From positions 6,572,001-6,636,000 of the forward strand of contig CM119378.1 in the NCBI GenBank assembly GCA_051294905.1: a stretch of DNA of 64,000 nt. The letters run 5' to 3'. This stretch comes from Botryllus schlosseri. Its lineage: Eukaryota. The position numbers and the translations under genes were made by a program. The notes below the pieces were generated by a model. The model worked only from the letters and a program-made list of their open reading frames with translations, did not search any database and had not been told where the DNA came from. Numbering within the stretch: position 1 is the first letter of the stretch; every line of letters starts with the position of its first letter. This document shows positions 47,293 through 59,452 of this stretch, piece by piece.

Positions 47293-48498
47293 GCTATAAT
47301 GTCGCCTGCTCATGTGTCCACGGACCGACCGAAGTGTCCGCCGAATCAGAACTCGCTAGGAATGTCTTCCTGCGTACGCTAGAATACCCGCTGAGCTCAA
47401 CGCATTGTGAATTGGATATCTCCTTAACATTGTCAATAAAACGTTCCACATTAGGGACACGCTTGGGAATATTCTACGCTAGCAAGCTACAGCACCGCAA
47501 TAGTCTTCATCCGACAAGACACTGACAGTCCTTGAAATCGAATTTTTTGTAAAGGGAAGCAATAATTTCATTACAGTCTTACAGGATAACAAAATGAACT
47601 GCAATCACATAAAAGGCAACACGCAATCGTCGTCATATAACAAAACAAGAAAGGTAGTTGAAATAAGAACACCGCACCAATCACAATACTGCTTTGCCGA
47701 CATCATATCTAACCGTGGTACGCACATAGTTATATAATTACACCTTCGTAATGAGTTTCACAAAAAATCAGATCAATCGCCTACTCCACCAGCATAAAAT
47801 GTTTAGCAAATCAAACACTCGATGTACAATAGAATATCGTATGACTTATAAGACAGATTTCGTTTGAATAGTGCATACTTATGGTCGTATGTATATAAAG
47901 TGATAAGGCAATACCGACAGCGATGGAAATGATAATGATTCAAGTATCTGTGCTCACAATTGACAAGTGAGAATAGAGGGATCGTGACCGCGGTGTAGTT
48001 TCGAAGAACATGCAAAGCACTCACACACACATATTGGAAAATGCCTGTATATAACGCACAGTAATTACAAAATCACGCTGGAACGCATCGAATGCCAAAT
48101 GCTTACCGTCACACACAAGTTGCGAAATAAGCTTGTAGACCACATACCGTGATTACAAAAATAGTGCGGCGCGCCGGATTAAAAAATCAATTCTACAGAA
48201 CGCAGTTTGCACAATGTACCGTACATATGTATTGTGTAGTGTATCTTAAGAGATTTATATTGTGTGTATTTTCATATTACTTGTGTATAACGAGATATTG
48301 TGTGTATGTGTATAACGAGATATTGCGTGTAGTTTCATATTACTTGTCTATAACGAGTTCTGCGCCGAGGCAGCAGGCGTTACATGATTCGGGCATGCTC
48401 AAGTCACAGTGTCTCAATTTACGGAAGACGAGTATTTGAAAAGTAGGTAACGAAGCATTGCGACGCGATAAAATAATCAATTCTTATCAAACGAATCG

Positions 48499-51400
48499 TT
48501 ATTGCGGTTTTTTGCCTTCTTCGCGCCACGTGTTGGTGTCCCAGCTGTTCCGGAATTTCGTTTCCAAATCCTGTTCGTTTTTCTCAATGCCTATAAAACA
48601 AAGATTCTGATTCGTATTACGATGTAAGGAGGGCTTCATTCCGCTCCATATTTTTTTCTGCGGCCAGGTTAACGGTTTTGGATCAGTAATTCAGTGTGCC
48701 TGTAGCAAGGACTTTAAGACTATGCAATCTGATCAGTTAACTTCTCACAAAACAATATTCATACCACTTGAAATTGCTAGCCCCGTGCTCAAGAGTTACC
48801 TCGGGCGTATAATATCGATCGTCATATCCCGTTTCAGCATCAAGTCAACGTGTTTCCAAGGCCGACAAAAATGGTACGAAATTCAATGACTGCATATTAT
48901 TCATTTCGATTCTTTCTCGCGAAAGTAAAATAGTAGGTATTTTAGGCTTAGTGCTGCCTGGAAAACTGTCCTCTAGAAGTGCCAGCAGCGATTTTCAAGT
49001 AAGCAAAAAAGTTGGTATTCTAGGCCTGGTTTTGCCTGAAAAACTGAAATATCAACCAGAAGTAGAAGCAGTCTAATGACTTTCATTTCAGGAAGCAGTG
49101 TAAGTTCACGAAATCTACCTCTGTCAGGGTTTCAACCAAGACACAAGACTCCGAGTCACAAGTCAATCTCACTTTCATAGTTTTGACTTGAGTCAAGTCG
49201 AGTCATTTTTAATTCACCACCGAGTAAAGTCAAAGTCCTAGTCAGCGAGCAGGGGGTCGAGTCCGAGTCATGGTATTATTATTACGACCCGAGTCCAAGT
49301 CATTGCGTCAAATGATCAGTTACGAGTTAAAGTCTTGTTAAAACCTATTTTTATAAGTCTGTTTGGTGATATCGAATGGTTCGCATTTGAAAGATACTAA
49401 TTTTCTTCACTTGTAACAGTTTCTGGTCGCAATTTCAAGTACCAGTACCAATAGACGAAATCCCAATTGCGTGGTAACTTTACTATTCTTCGAAATTACA
49501 ATGAAATGTCGGTCTTGGCCGTCTAAGACTCGAGTCATAGGACTTGGTCCGAGTCATGCGCAATGACTCGAGTCCAAGTCGAGTCAATACACAGATTGAG
49601 TCGAGTCATTTTTGTATTTTGAGAAAATGACTCGAGTCAAGTCGAGTCATCAGAAAATCGTGACCAGAGTCGTTACAGCCCTGGAATTAGCCCATCACAG
49701 CGCGACAGACCCATTCAGGGCCGTGACACGTACCTGACACAGCCAGCAACGAGCTTCCGTGGCTCGTGCTGAGTGAGACGATTTTCATGTTCGTGAAACC
49801 GGGAAACCTGATGGCTTCGGGCTCGGCCGAAATCGACCCGGCAGCCGACCGGCCCAGTTGGCCGCGGATGGTCTTACCCCACGTCAGGACGCGGCCCGAT
49901 TCTGTGATCGCCACGGTGAAAGTGCCGCCGCAGCTGACGTCGATGAATCTGCCGGAATAAAATAGGGTTGAGACTTGAGATCAAATCTAGTGGCAGTGTA
50001 TCACTCATTACGTCGTCAAAACAGTATGAACAGAATGAACAGTATGGGGAAAGTTTCAATATCCTTATATTCCACCAGAGAACATAATGCCAGGTCCACA
50101 TAACATTGAAGATTATTTGGTATTATTTAAACCACACCTATTTCGTCGCACAACTTGAACTACTCGCTTTTAAAAATCCGCAACTAGAACTAGAACTACA
50201 CATTTTTAAAAGGTCGCAACTAGAACTAGAACGAGAACTACTCAATTTTCGAAATCCGCAACTAGAACTAGAACTACACATTTTTAAAAGGTCGCAACTA
50301 GAACTAGAACGAGAACTACTCAATTTTCGAAATCCGCAACTAGAACTAGATCTGCTCAAAAAACCGTTAGTTATAGTTGACAGTCAACCGACTAAATGGG
50401 TAGTTTGTACAAGGCCGTGATATGTTATATCGAAGTTTACAGCCTAACACTGTGAAAAACACTATCGAATTTAAAATTCTCATTGATGAATCAACTCCTA
50501 GCGGCGACAAGTGTATAATTTCTCGACTCGAATTACTAGAATTAATATACGATTCAGGTTCCAGCACTCGAATCACTGCGCCTAGCTATCGTCGAGATTT
50601 TAATATCGGAATTTTACCTTTGCGTCGGCGTAACGTTGACCTTCTTCGGGACCCTGGTGCTGTTTCTGCCGCCGGAAACGGGTGGGCTCGCGAGCTGGCC
50701 GAATTGATTGTTGCCGATCATGTACAGGCTGCCGTTTGCTGCGAAAGAAAATGCGCGGTTGAAAGGAAAGCGGAAAGTCGCAAATAGTTAACTAACATAG
50801 CTCTTCTATTTTACCGGTACTTTTATTTTATTGGCTACGCCACGAAATTGCTAGGTTGTCTGAAAAAACGATGTATATAAAATTTGGCTCAATTCCATTT
50901 CGTAGAAGCCAAGTTTTCGATGTTCAAAATTTAGGGCTCCAAATCATAGTATTTACGGTGTGTAGATCTATAATAAATAATTAACGAGTTTGATTTATCA
51001 AGTAGCTGCTGAAATAGATTCTTTCTGTTTCGGACTGCATAAGCCATTATGGAATAATAAAAAAATTCATTGGAAATCACCTGTTATGACCGCGGTATGC
51101 TGAGTGCCGAGAGAGACTTTCGAGATTTCCTCGTTAGAAAACGGGACGGTCCTCACTGCCGTGAACGATAACGCCAACTGGACCTCTTCCTCAACTCCGC
51201 GACCGGTCACCAGGTCCAGACCCAATCTGGTGACAAAAAAAAACACCAATTCTCTTACATCCCCTCAACTTACAGCAATAGCTATAGCTTTTGTATTCGT
51301 AAAAAAATTTACAAATTTTTGAGCGATATTAAATTGCAGCAGTAATCTGTGTGCAATACTTTCTACAATGAAGTAAAATTCCAAGTTTTGAAACAATTCA

Positions 51401-54400
51401 AATTTCCAGCAATGTTTCACGTGAATTAGTACATAAAGTTTAAAAAATGAATTGTTCTCTTAAACGATTCCAGCTTACGGCGATATTTCATGTGGATTAG
51501 TTTTCAAAATTTAACACGATTCTAACTTACAAGCAATATAATTCACGTGAATTCGTTGAAACGATTTCAACTAACAGCAATATTTCAAAATTTGTCTTTA
51601 AAACAATTCAAACACACGACCAATTTTATAAAGTTCATAAAATTTGATCGGATTTCGCTTTCAAACCGATTCAAACTTGAAGATCCAATTTCGAACGTTT
51701 TTCTTTCGGGATCATAGGAAAAAAATCAACAAAACATCATTACGGCAGAACCATCGCTTACTTATTGTGATGATTACTTCCGGTACACAACATCTTCCTA
51801 TCCGCTGTCAGCACGACCGAAGAATCATTGCCGCACGTAACAGAGACCGCCTCGCAGTGCTGCGGAATGGGAACCCTTTTCGGCGTCGAATACGTCGCTT
51901 TGTCTCCCAAACCCAGCCGTCCTGAACCGAAAAATTCGAGCTCGTATCGAAGGAGAACGTGTGGCGAGTCTACAAATCGCGTACCTCCGTCTCCTCTGCC
52001 CCAGGAGTAGATTTCTCCGTCGCTGGTGAGCGCCATGACGTGGTAGGACCCGCACGAAATCGCGACCACCTCGTGGCTGAGCAGGTGCTCGACTATCTGG
52101 GGCTGAAAAGGGGGGGGGGGAGTGCTGGGTTAGCTAGAATGTTTATTTTTGGCAGGAAAAATATGGATCGTCAAGACGATTGCCTGTTCATTGTGTTATT
52201 GCGGCAAAAATTTAGGAAACGAGAATATGAAAATAAGCGACAAAATTTTGGAACGTCACAAAACAACATAATTACCCGAATTTCAGAACGACAACATACG
52301 AAAAATCACCAAAATTTTCAAACACCTCAAGACGACATAGTTACCCAAACTTTGGAACGACAAAACAACTATAATTACCAAAATTTGGAAAGCGACAAAA
52401 ACCAACCAAGTTTATAAACGACAAAATACAAAAAAATTTTGAAATTTTCAAACATCAAAACAGAAAAAAAATCGTTTTTTATAGGCCTACCATTTTTAAA
52501 CATCGCAAAATGACAAAATTACCCAAATTTTGGAACGACAACGAGAATGCTTGCCAAAAATTTAAAAGCTAAAAAATGACCTAAGTTTAGAAACAAAAAA
52601 ATACCAAAAATAACCAAAATTTACGAACGTCGCGAAACGACAAAATTACCCAAAATTTTGACAGCGATAAAAATTACCCTAGTTTATAAACAACGAAATC
52701 CCAAAAATCCCCGGAATCATTGAATAACAAAATTTGCCAATTCTTCGTACTAGGCCCATTGCAAATACAAAAAAAACACGCACCTCGGACAGGTCCGAAA
52801 AGTCGCCGTGGCCCAAACAACCCCCGCTGCCCGTGCCAAAAGTCATCAGTATCCCTCGGTCGGTGAGACAAGCCGTATGCATATCGCCGCAAGAGACCCT
52901 GTGCAAATTACAATCCATTACTCGAGTCATTGTGCACGACTCGAACCAAATCATAAGACTCGAGACTAGGACGGTCATCGACCCTCTACTCACTCACTTG
53001 GACTTGACTCGATGGCAAATTGAAAATGACTCGACTTGACTCGAGTCAAAACTACAAAAGCGAGATTGACTCCTACAGAGACAGACATCGGACCAAACGG
53101 ACTCTTAACAAATCGACGCAACACCCCGAACTCACATTTTCATCCCGCCAGACTGGCCCTCTTGAAACCGCGGTGAAAAGGCGGGGATATTCTGCGAGTC
53201 GCCCATCGCCCCGGGCAGAGATTGCGTCGGTGAGCTCTGGAAACAAGAATTTCTCATAGATTCGGTGACAAAATCTCGCTACCCGTCATAGCTACCTCCC
53301 ACATGATGAGCCGCCCGTTCTCTGTGACGCACGACTTTTTAGTCCTGCCACACTCCACTTGTAGAATCTGTGGGCGAAACGCAAGGTGTTATTCTTCACA
53401 AGAAACGCTTCACAGTGTTAAAATGGTACCTGAGTGTCAGCGTAGGGTAGTGGTAATCTCATCGGCGTCGAAATGCCTCCGCCCCAACAATACACTGCGA
53501 ACTGCTCTTGGCTTTTGCTCTGAAATGGGCGCAGTATGAGGAACGCCGGTATGCGTGCAAAGACTACGATGCCGCACTTACGGTAGCCATGGAGTTGATG
53601 GAGGTATTGGAAGACGCGTGTGAAAATCCCTTTTGCTTGTCAAATTTCGACGTTTTCTGGTTTCTGAAGGAGAAAAAATAAACTTTTTTTAGCATCATCA
53701 ACAATTGTCTGTAACTGTTCTCAGCCGTGGTGCGTGACGCAAGATTAAAACTGGCACGAAAACTTTAAAACAAACATTTCGTAGATGTCATGTTTACTGC
53801 GTTAATTAGTAAAAAAACGAAACCTCTTGTGACCTGTATTGCAACTTGAGCCCGACTGAAATCAAAATTTCAAGGTGATTGCGATACACCGATATCACAT
53901 AATTTTGCTGATGTTTTATGCCATTATCAAAATGTGACGTATTTCAACTAGAAACTTGGATTGCCGGCACTGATTTGAAAAAATGAAACTTCATTCATTC
54001 GCCATAAAGCTCTTGCCGAGTGAGAAACTAGTATCTTCAAATATTACTTATAATTGGTGGTATTATTATGACTTTGATTATCGCACAAAACTTGGATATT
54101 TCGGAATAAAACTTCAGCTGAATAAGAAATTTCAGCATTTCACCAAAACGCCAAGTCCGGTACTACTCAAAGAATCAATGCAACAGCAGTGAAGACACTC
54201 CCATCTGCAATATTTGTAGGACTAATGACGTCATTCAACACATTGTATTGTGATAGCCAAAACTATAACTTGTACGGAGACAGATATTGGACAGGCTCTA
54301 ATAATCGTACCACAAGCGATACTCACTTAACTTCGACCGCACCCAAATCGCAGTAAACCTCGAAGAGCTTCTTCATGATGAAAGGTTCCGCCATGATTTC

Positions 54401-57400
54401 GACGACGCTGGGACGGTTTCCGGGCTTTTTGCTGAGCAATTTCTTCAGCAGGCCGGTCAGCGGCACGCCGTAGTGCTTGGGAAAGTTTGTGTTGTAATGG
54501 GCCTTGGTAATTTTCGACACCAACGCCGGCAGGTTCTGAAACGAGCGTAATGGGAATAGGGTTGGTTAAGAATTACTGCTATAGTTGAACAATATTGCTG
54601 TTCAAAAACAACTTGATAACATTGCTAGGTTGCCTACAAATCGCTGCACACCAAATTTTTCTCAATTATAATCAGTAGAGACGTTGCTGTGAGGAGAAAT
54701 TTTGGATTGAATAGATAGCAATAAATTGAAAATGAAATTGTATTTACGGTGGGAAGATCTTTCATTATTAATTATAGAACTACCCATCGTAAATACTATT
54801 TTTTCATATCCAAAATTTTCAGCTTCAATAACTTTGCTTCTGTGAATCGGAATTGAGCCAAATTTGCTACACATCGTTTTTTTAGACAACCTAACAATTT
54901 CATGGGGTAGTCAGTAAAATTTGAAAAAAACTTCATTTTCAATCAACGAATCCAAAATTTTCTCCAGTCATAGCAATGCTTCTACTTGCTGTGCAGCGTT
55001 TTTTTAGGCATCCGAACAATTTTATCAAGTAGCCAGAAAAATTTTTGATTGATATTCCGAAATTTTGTGAACTCACCGTTTCTTCAAATGCTCTTCGCAG
55101 GGTGACAAGCTCATACAGGATACATCCCATCGCCCACATGTCGCTCTTCTGATCGTACGGCTTGCCTTCGCAAAGTTCTGGCGATATGTAACACGGCGTC
55201 CCCACCACCTACAACAACACGCTCTACACGAGTAAAGAGCGCATCACAATATTCGCTATTAACGCAAAAGCGACTCGACACTGACTCCTGGTGGCGATTT
55301 ACAAAGCGGGCCTAAATTACATTACAGACTACAATAAAGGCTAGATGCATACAGGTGAGGCATCTATTACAGACTGTCTAATTTGGCATTACTAAGAGAG
55401 GCGGCAAATTCCTTTGAAGATTTTCGGGAATATTAGCGCAAAGCCACGCACAATATTAAAAATTATTTCACTCATTGCCATGATTGAAACCCATGCAAAA
55501 TTTGCTTTCTATTAGACAGTGTTTCTAAAAATTGCCATTTGCCTACAAAAACTGTGAAATAGTCTAGCAATATAATCTAATTGAGTGAAGATTACGAATA
55601 CAGGTAGATAGGCACATTCGAAATAAAACTAGAATCCCCTCCTCGTCGTTGGCAATCAAGGATATCTTTACATACCGTCAGAGCCTTGGTTTTCGAGTGG
55701 AGCACTTTCGATATCCCGAAATCGGACACTTTGCAGACTCGGCTTTTCCGGTCGAGCAAGATATTTTCCGTTTTCAGGTCCCGGTGTAAGATCTTCTCCG
55801 AGTGAATGTACTTGAGCGCGATCAAGATTTGCACGAACAAATGGAGGACTTCCTGAAAAGCAAACGAAATACGGCCTTTTACAAGTTTTCTCGACAAGGA
55901 AACAAAGCCAGGAATGATTGCGCATAAGACAACGGTAGTTGTGTTTACAGAAACCGCAGTTACCTTATGCAAGGGAATAGTAAATTTTTATGCATCTTAG
56001 TCCTAAATAGCGTAATATTGTTGTCGAAAACATAGAGAGCTAGTCAAAGTAGTCAGCGTTGCTACTGAAGTAAAAGTAAAGCCGTAACTTTCTACTGGTC
56101 AAGTGGAAGCAGAAAGGTCAGCAAATTCAAGTAGGGTCACTATATTGTTAGATCAGGCTACAAGTAGTTGCGACTTTCTGATGACTCGTCTTGACTGTAG
56201 GCATGTTCTTAAAATACGGAAATGACTCGGACTCGACCATCCGCTCACTGACTTGACTCGGAGGTTAATTGAAAATGAATTGACTTGACTTTAGTAAAAT
56301 TATAAAAGTGAAATTCACTTGTGACTCGGAGCCTTGCGATTTGGTCACAACCCTGGTTTAACCTTAGCCTCATGGTAGCGATGCAAGCTTATGCTAATAC
56401 AATTTGCTACTTTTCCCAATAGAAATTGTATAAAGCAAGTAGTTTTGTGAAAAAAGAAGAAACATAATATCTAGTACAGACAATATCAAACTTTCTGAAC
56501 CATTCATTTTCTACTGCCGCTCGGAAGCAGTCTTGTCTTGCCGGAAGGTACTTTTACTTATATCGACTTTCACAGCATTAAATCTAGCCAGCAACAGCAG
56601 CATCACCGGCAACTTTGAAGGCGCTAAACGTAACAGTGTGTAAGTCAGGAAATTTGATGATTTCTTTAGACATCAAAATACGACCGCACTACAACAGAAA
56701 ACAGGCAACAAAAAACAGCATGCTGGAGTTGCTCCGGATATTTCAGAAATTGAAAGTCACGAAAACAAGAGGCTTACTTCTTCGCTGAGATTGTCCGGTT
56801 GCTTTTTCAGATACTGATACAAAGTCCCACCTGAAACCATGCTCCAACAAATCAGAAACAAGGGCAAAGGGCATGCAATAACAAACACAGCCAAAATGAA
56901 AATGGAAGGTGGGGCAAAAATATCCTAACATTGACGAATGCGTCGTGAAATAGTGAAACATGTTACATCACAATCCCTACATGGCTACGCCTATGCCATG
57001 CAAAGACAAAACAAAAATAAGTACGAGTCGGGCGCACTACTGTGCACGACGTAAACAGAAAGGCTACCGATATCACAAGGGTCATACCTTGCGCATATTC
57101 CATCGCAATGACGAGCTTCGTGCCGTCCAGAAAATTTTCGTAATACTTGATAATGTTGGGATGTTTCAGTACCTGAGAAATCCCCGAGATTAGGAAAATA
57201 ACTGTTTGAATAGTAATTTCAATGGATCAAAGGAAATTTTGTGCCTCCTACTTTAACACACAGTTTTTTATAATTCTTACCATAGGCTAGCTAGTACCAT
57301 TGGATACAATTCAAATACCTAGCATCAATTCCTACATTATAGTATAATAAGCGGCTTCGTGAACAATGAGCTTTCAAACATTAAGTGAAAAAGGTCATAT

Positions 57401-57929
57401 TTCAGTACACGTAATGTACTCGCGTTTGGTATAATGTAACAGTCAATAGCACATGAATGAAGCAAACTTCCTTAGAATGCAATTCTCTGCAGAGGCCAGA
57501 AAGCTTTAGTATTTTCCAAAATTACAACAGATGCGGGTTCTATCATATCAATCACACACCCACCCAACCATTTATCAAACAAATTGTAAGACTGTTTACT
57601 GAAAACCGGACCAGCATCGAATCAATAGTATTTATCAAATTGTGGACAGAACGTAGGACAATTAATCGATTCAGCATTATTGATATTCAAGCATTCTCAC
57701 CTTTAAAACGTGCACTTCGTTTTGTGCGGACGCACGCTCTTCCGTTGACATTGTGTCCATTGGAATCTCTTTCAGAATCAGCATTTTTTTATCGTTGTTC
57801 CTACTGCAGAGGTACACATTGCTAGAAAACATGTCGCACGTAACGAAACGCTCAATTTACGGAAGCATACATTGGCACATACCCAAAGGCCCCGGCGCCC
57901 ACCAAGGTAATCTTGGTGTAATTCTCCAT
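48499..57929 (-). CDS. NEK8: NIMA-related kinase NEK8 (N-terminal kinase + RCC1 repeats); 18 exons, ~711 aa
   Basis: Exons in transcription order: 57929-57883, 57821-57701, 57172-57088, 56830-56778, 55852-55676, 55208-55077, 54535-54327, 53663-53582, 53519-53430, 53367-53296, 53236-53136, 52898-52784, 52102-51985, 51921-51762, 51226-51081, 50738-50618, 49948-49734, 48590-48499; phases are all consistent. Motifs: [44 protein letters not shown] (NEK8-typical), [27 protein letters not shown]. The last exon is the least certain. Confidence 0.93.
49125..49683. mobile_element. GACTCGAGTC-rich hAT-like MITE; partial copies at ~52917-53075 and ~56180-56356
   Basis: Ends CAGGGTTTCAAC / GTTACAGCCCTG; many GAGTC/GACTC motifs; no matching TSD. 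Confidence 0.6.
50174..50350. repeat. Exact 78-bp tandem duplication (~2.3 copies) inside a CTAGAACTAC-type MITE
   Basis: AAATCCGCAACTAGAACTAGA starts at 50174, 50252 and 50330. Confidence 0.9.
52190..52740. repeat. Degenerate A-rich tandem repeat (AACGACAAAATTACCCAAAATTTTGG-like) in a NEK8 intron
   Basis: Recurrent motif with strong A/T strand skew. Confidence 0.65.
54556..55050. mobile_element. Diverged relative of the foldback MITE family in a NEK8 intron
   Basis: Shares GCTGCACACCAAATTT, GGAATTGAGCCAAATTTG and GACAACCTAACAATTTCATGGGGTAG modules. Confidence 0.55.
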
Positions 57930-58661
57930 GTGCGCTTGGTAATCCGCCACGATTTCTTAAAGCAACTTAGCTTTCACATTTTTCTATCTATTTACCGCGC
58001 CATATGTTAGAATCTGTGTCAACATTAGAAGGACGCAACACCTGGATAGCGGCATATTCTCGTACTATTAGTTGCCTTTACCCCAACACCATTCACGACA
58101 TACAAATCAGGTACCAAAGATAAAGAAACACACCATTTGTAATGCTAGTAACCAAGTACACTGTACAGTGAGTTGAAATGAGTGCTGGCGAACAGTAACT
58201 AAAACAGACATTTCGTGCCTACACAGTCAATACAATATTCCTGTTCACTATCAGTTCATCTACCAAAAAAATTATAACATTCCGGTATACCTATCAACGG
58301 ATTTTATTCAACACTCTATTCATGGAAGTAACAGTTGTTTCTGATATGTGCAATCAGGAGATCTGTACTGATCTTAATGATATTACAATGAATTTATCTT
58401 AGCCAGCTAACATACATTAATAATTGTGTCAAATAACAGCAGATAGCTTCAATTTCACAGTCGAAATGATTGTCACAAAAAGACAGTTACCAGGTTAAGT
58501 TTATATTGAAAATGGGCAATGACACAGTAAGTTAAGGCAGGTTGTCAGCAACAACAGAGAATTGCATGCCGGTATTGCGTACTAATCATAAAAGGTCTAA
58601 AAACAATGCACAATTCGCATTTCTTCACGGACAAAATGCGGCTAAAATAATTGTCAAAAGT

Positions 58662-58969
58662 TAGGGTCACCACACGTCCCCCTTCAGGATTTGATAGAAA
58701 ATGTCCACCGCAGAGGCTCAAACGTCTTCCTTTTTGGCAATTTATCCGCATTAAAAGATTTCACACCAAGGCGATTGTAACGACATCACTAAAAAAACCA
58801 TAAATGAAGCGAATTCTGGAATCTGGACCTTCGGGCGGGTCTTTTGAGAGTCGAGTTGGAAAAATGACTATTTATTTCAGCAAACACAACTTTATTTGCC
58901 TTGTTTCCTCATCCTAAATTGTAAATTTTGTGATTTGTAAAAAGTATACCTCACAATATGGTCACCCTA
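58662..58969. mobile_element. hAT-like MITE (TAGGGTCACCA ends)
   Basis: TAGGGTCACCAC / ATGGTCACCCTA; flanked by a 7-bp direct repeat CAAAAGT. Confidence 0.7.
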
Positions 58970-59452
58970 CAAAAGTTGAATAAAACATGGGTGCAGCGAT
59001 TCAGATCAAAATGCTCACCGCTTTAAAAAATCACAGCGCTACGACACGCTCGTGACTTTGAAGCCACGAAAATAATCAAAATCTGGCCAAAGACACAATT
59101 TGTTGATCAAATTATAAAGAAGTTACCAGCCACATAAATTACGATGTCACAAGCAAGACCACTGTCCGAAAGTTCACATTCTGTCGCAGTCATGCTTTGG
59201 CGAATCCAGGTTAGCAACGTTACCAAGTCAGTCAACACCAAACATTTCAGCAGTCTAGTTTCTACCCATACGTCTGCGAATGTCCTTAAATTATTCGCAA
59301 AAACTTCCCGCATCATGTATCGAAACGTGTACTCGTTCAGGAGATCACAGAGATCGCCGATCAGCAGCTACTTTCTCAGAACTGAATTTTCAACTTTCCA
59401 TTTTCCGAGCAGGCGCCGAAAAATAAACCAGCCTTTCATGGACAGACACTTT

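Noticed and set aside
50106-50420. ORF resembling a leucine zipper ([21 protein letters not shown]) and its Ser-rich antisense ORF
   Set aside because: It arises from a 78-bp tandem duplication in a MITE within a NEK8 intron, with no splice or homology support.
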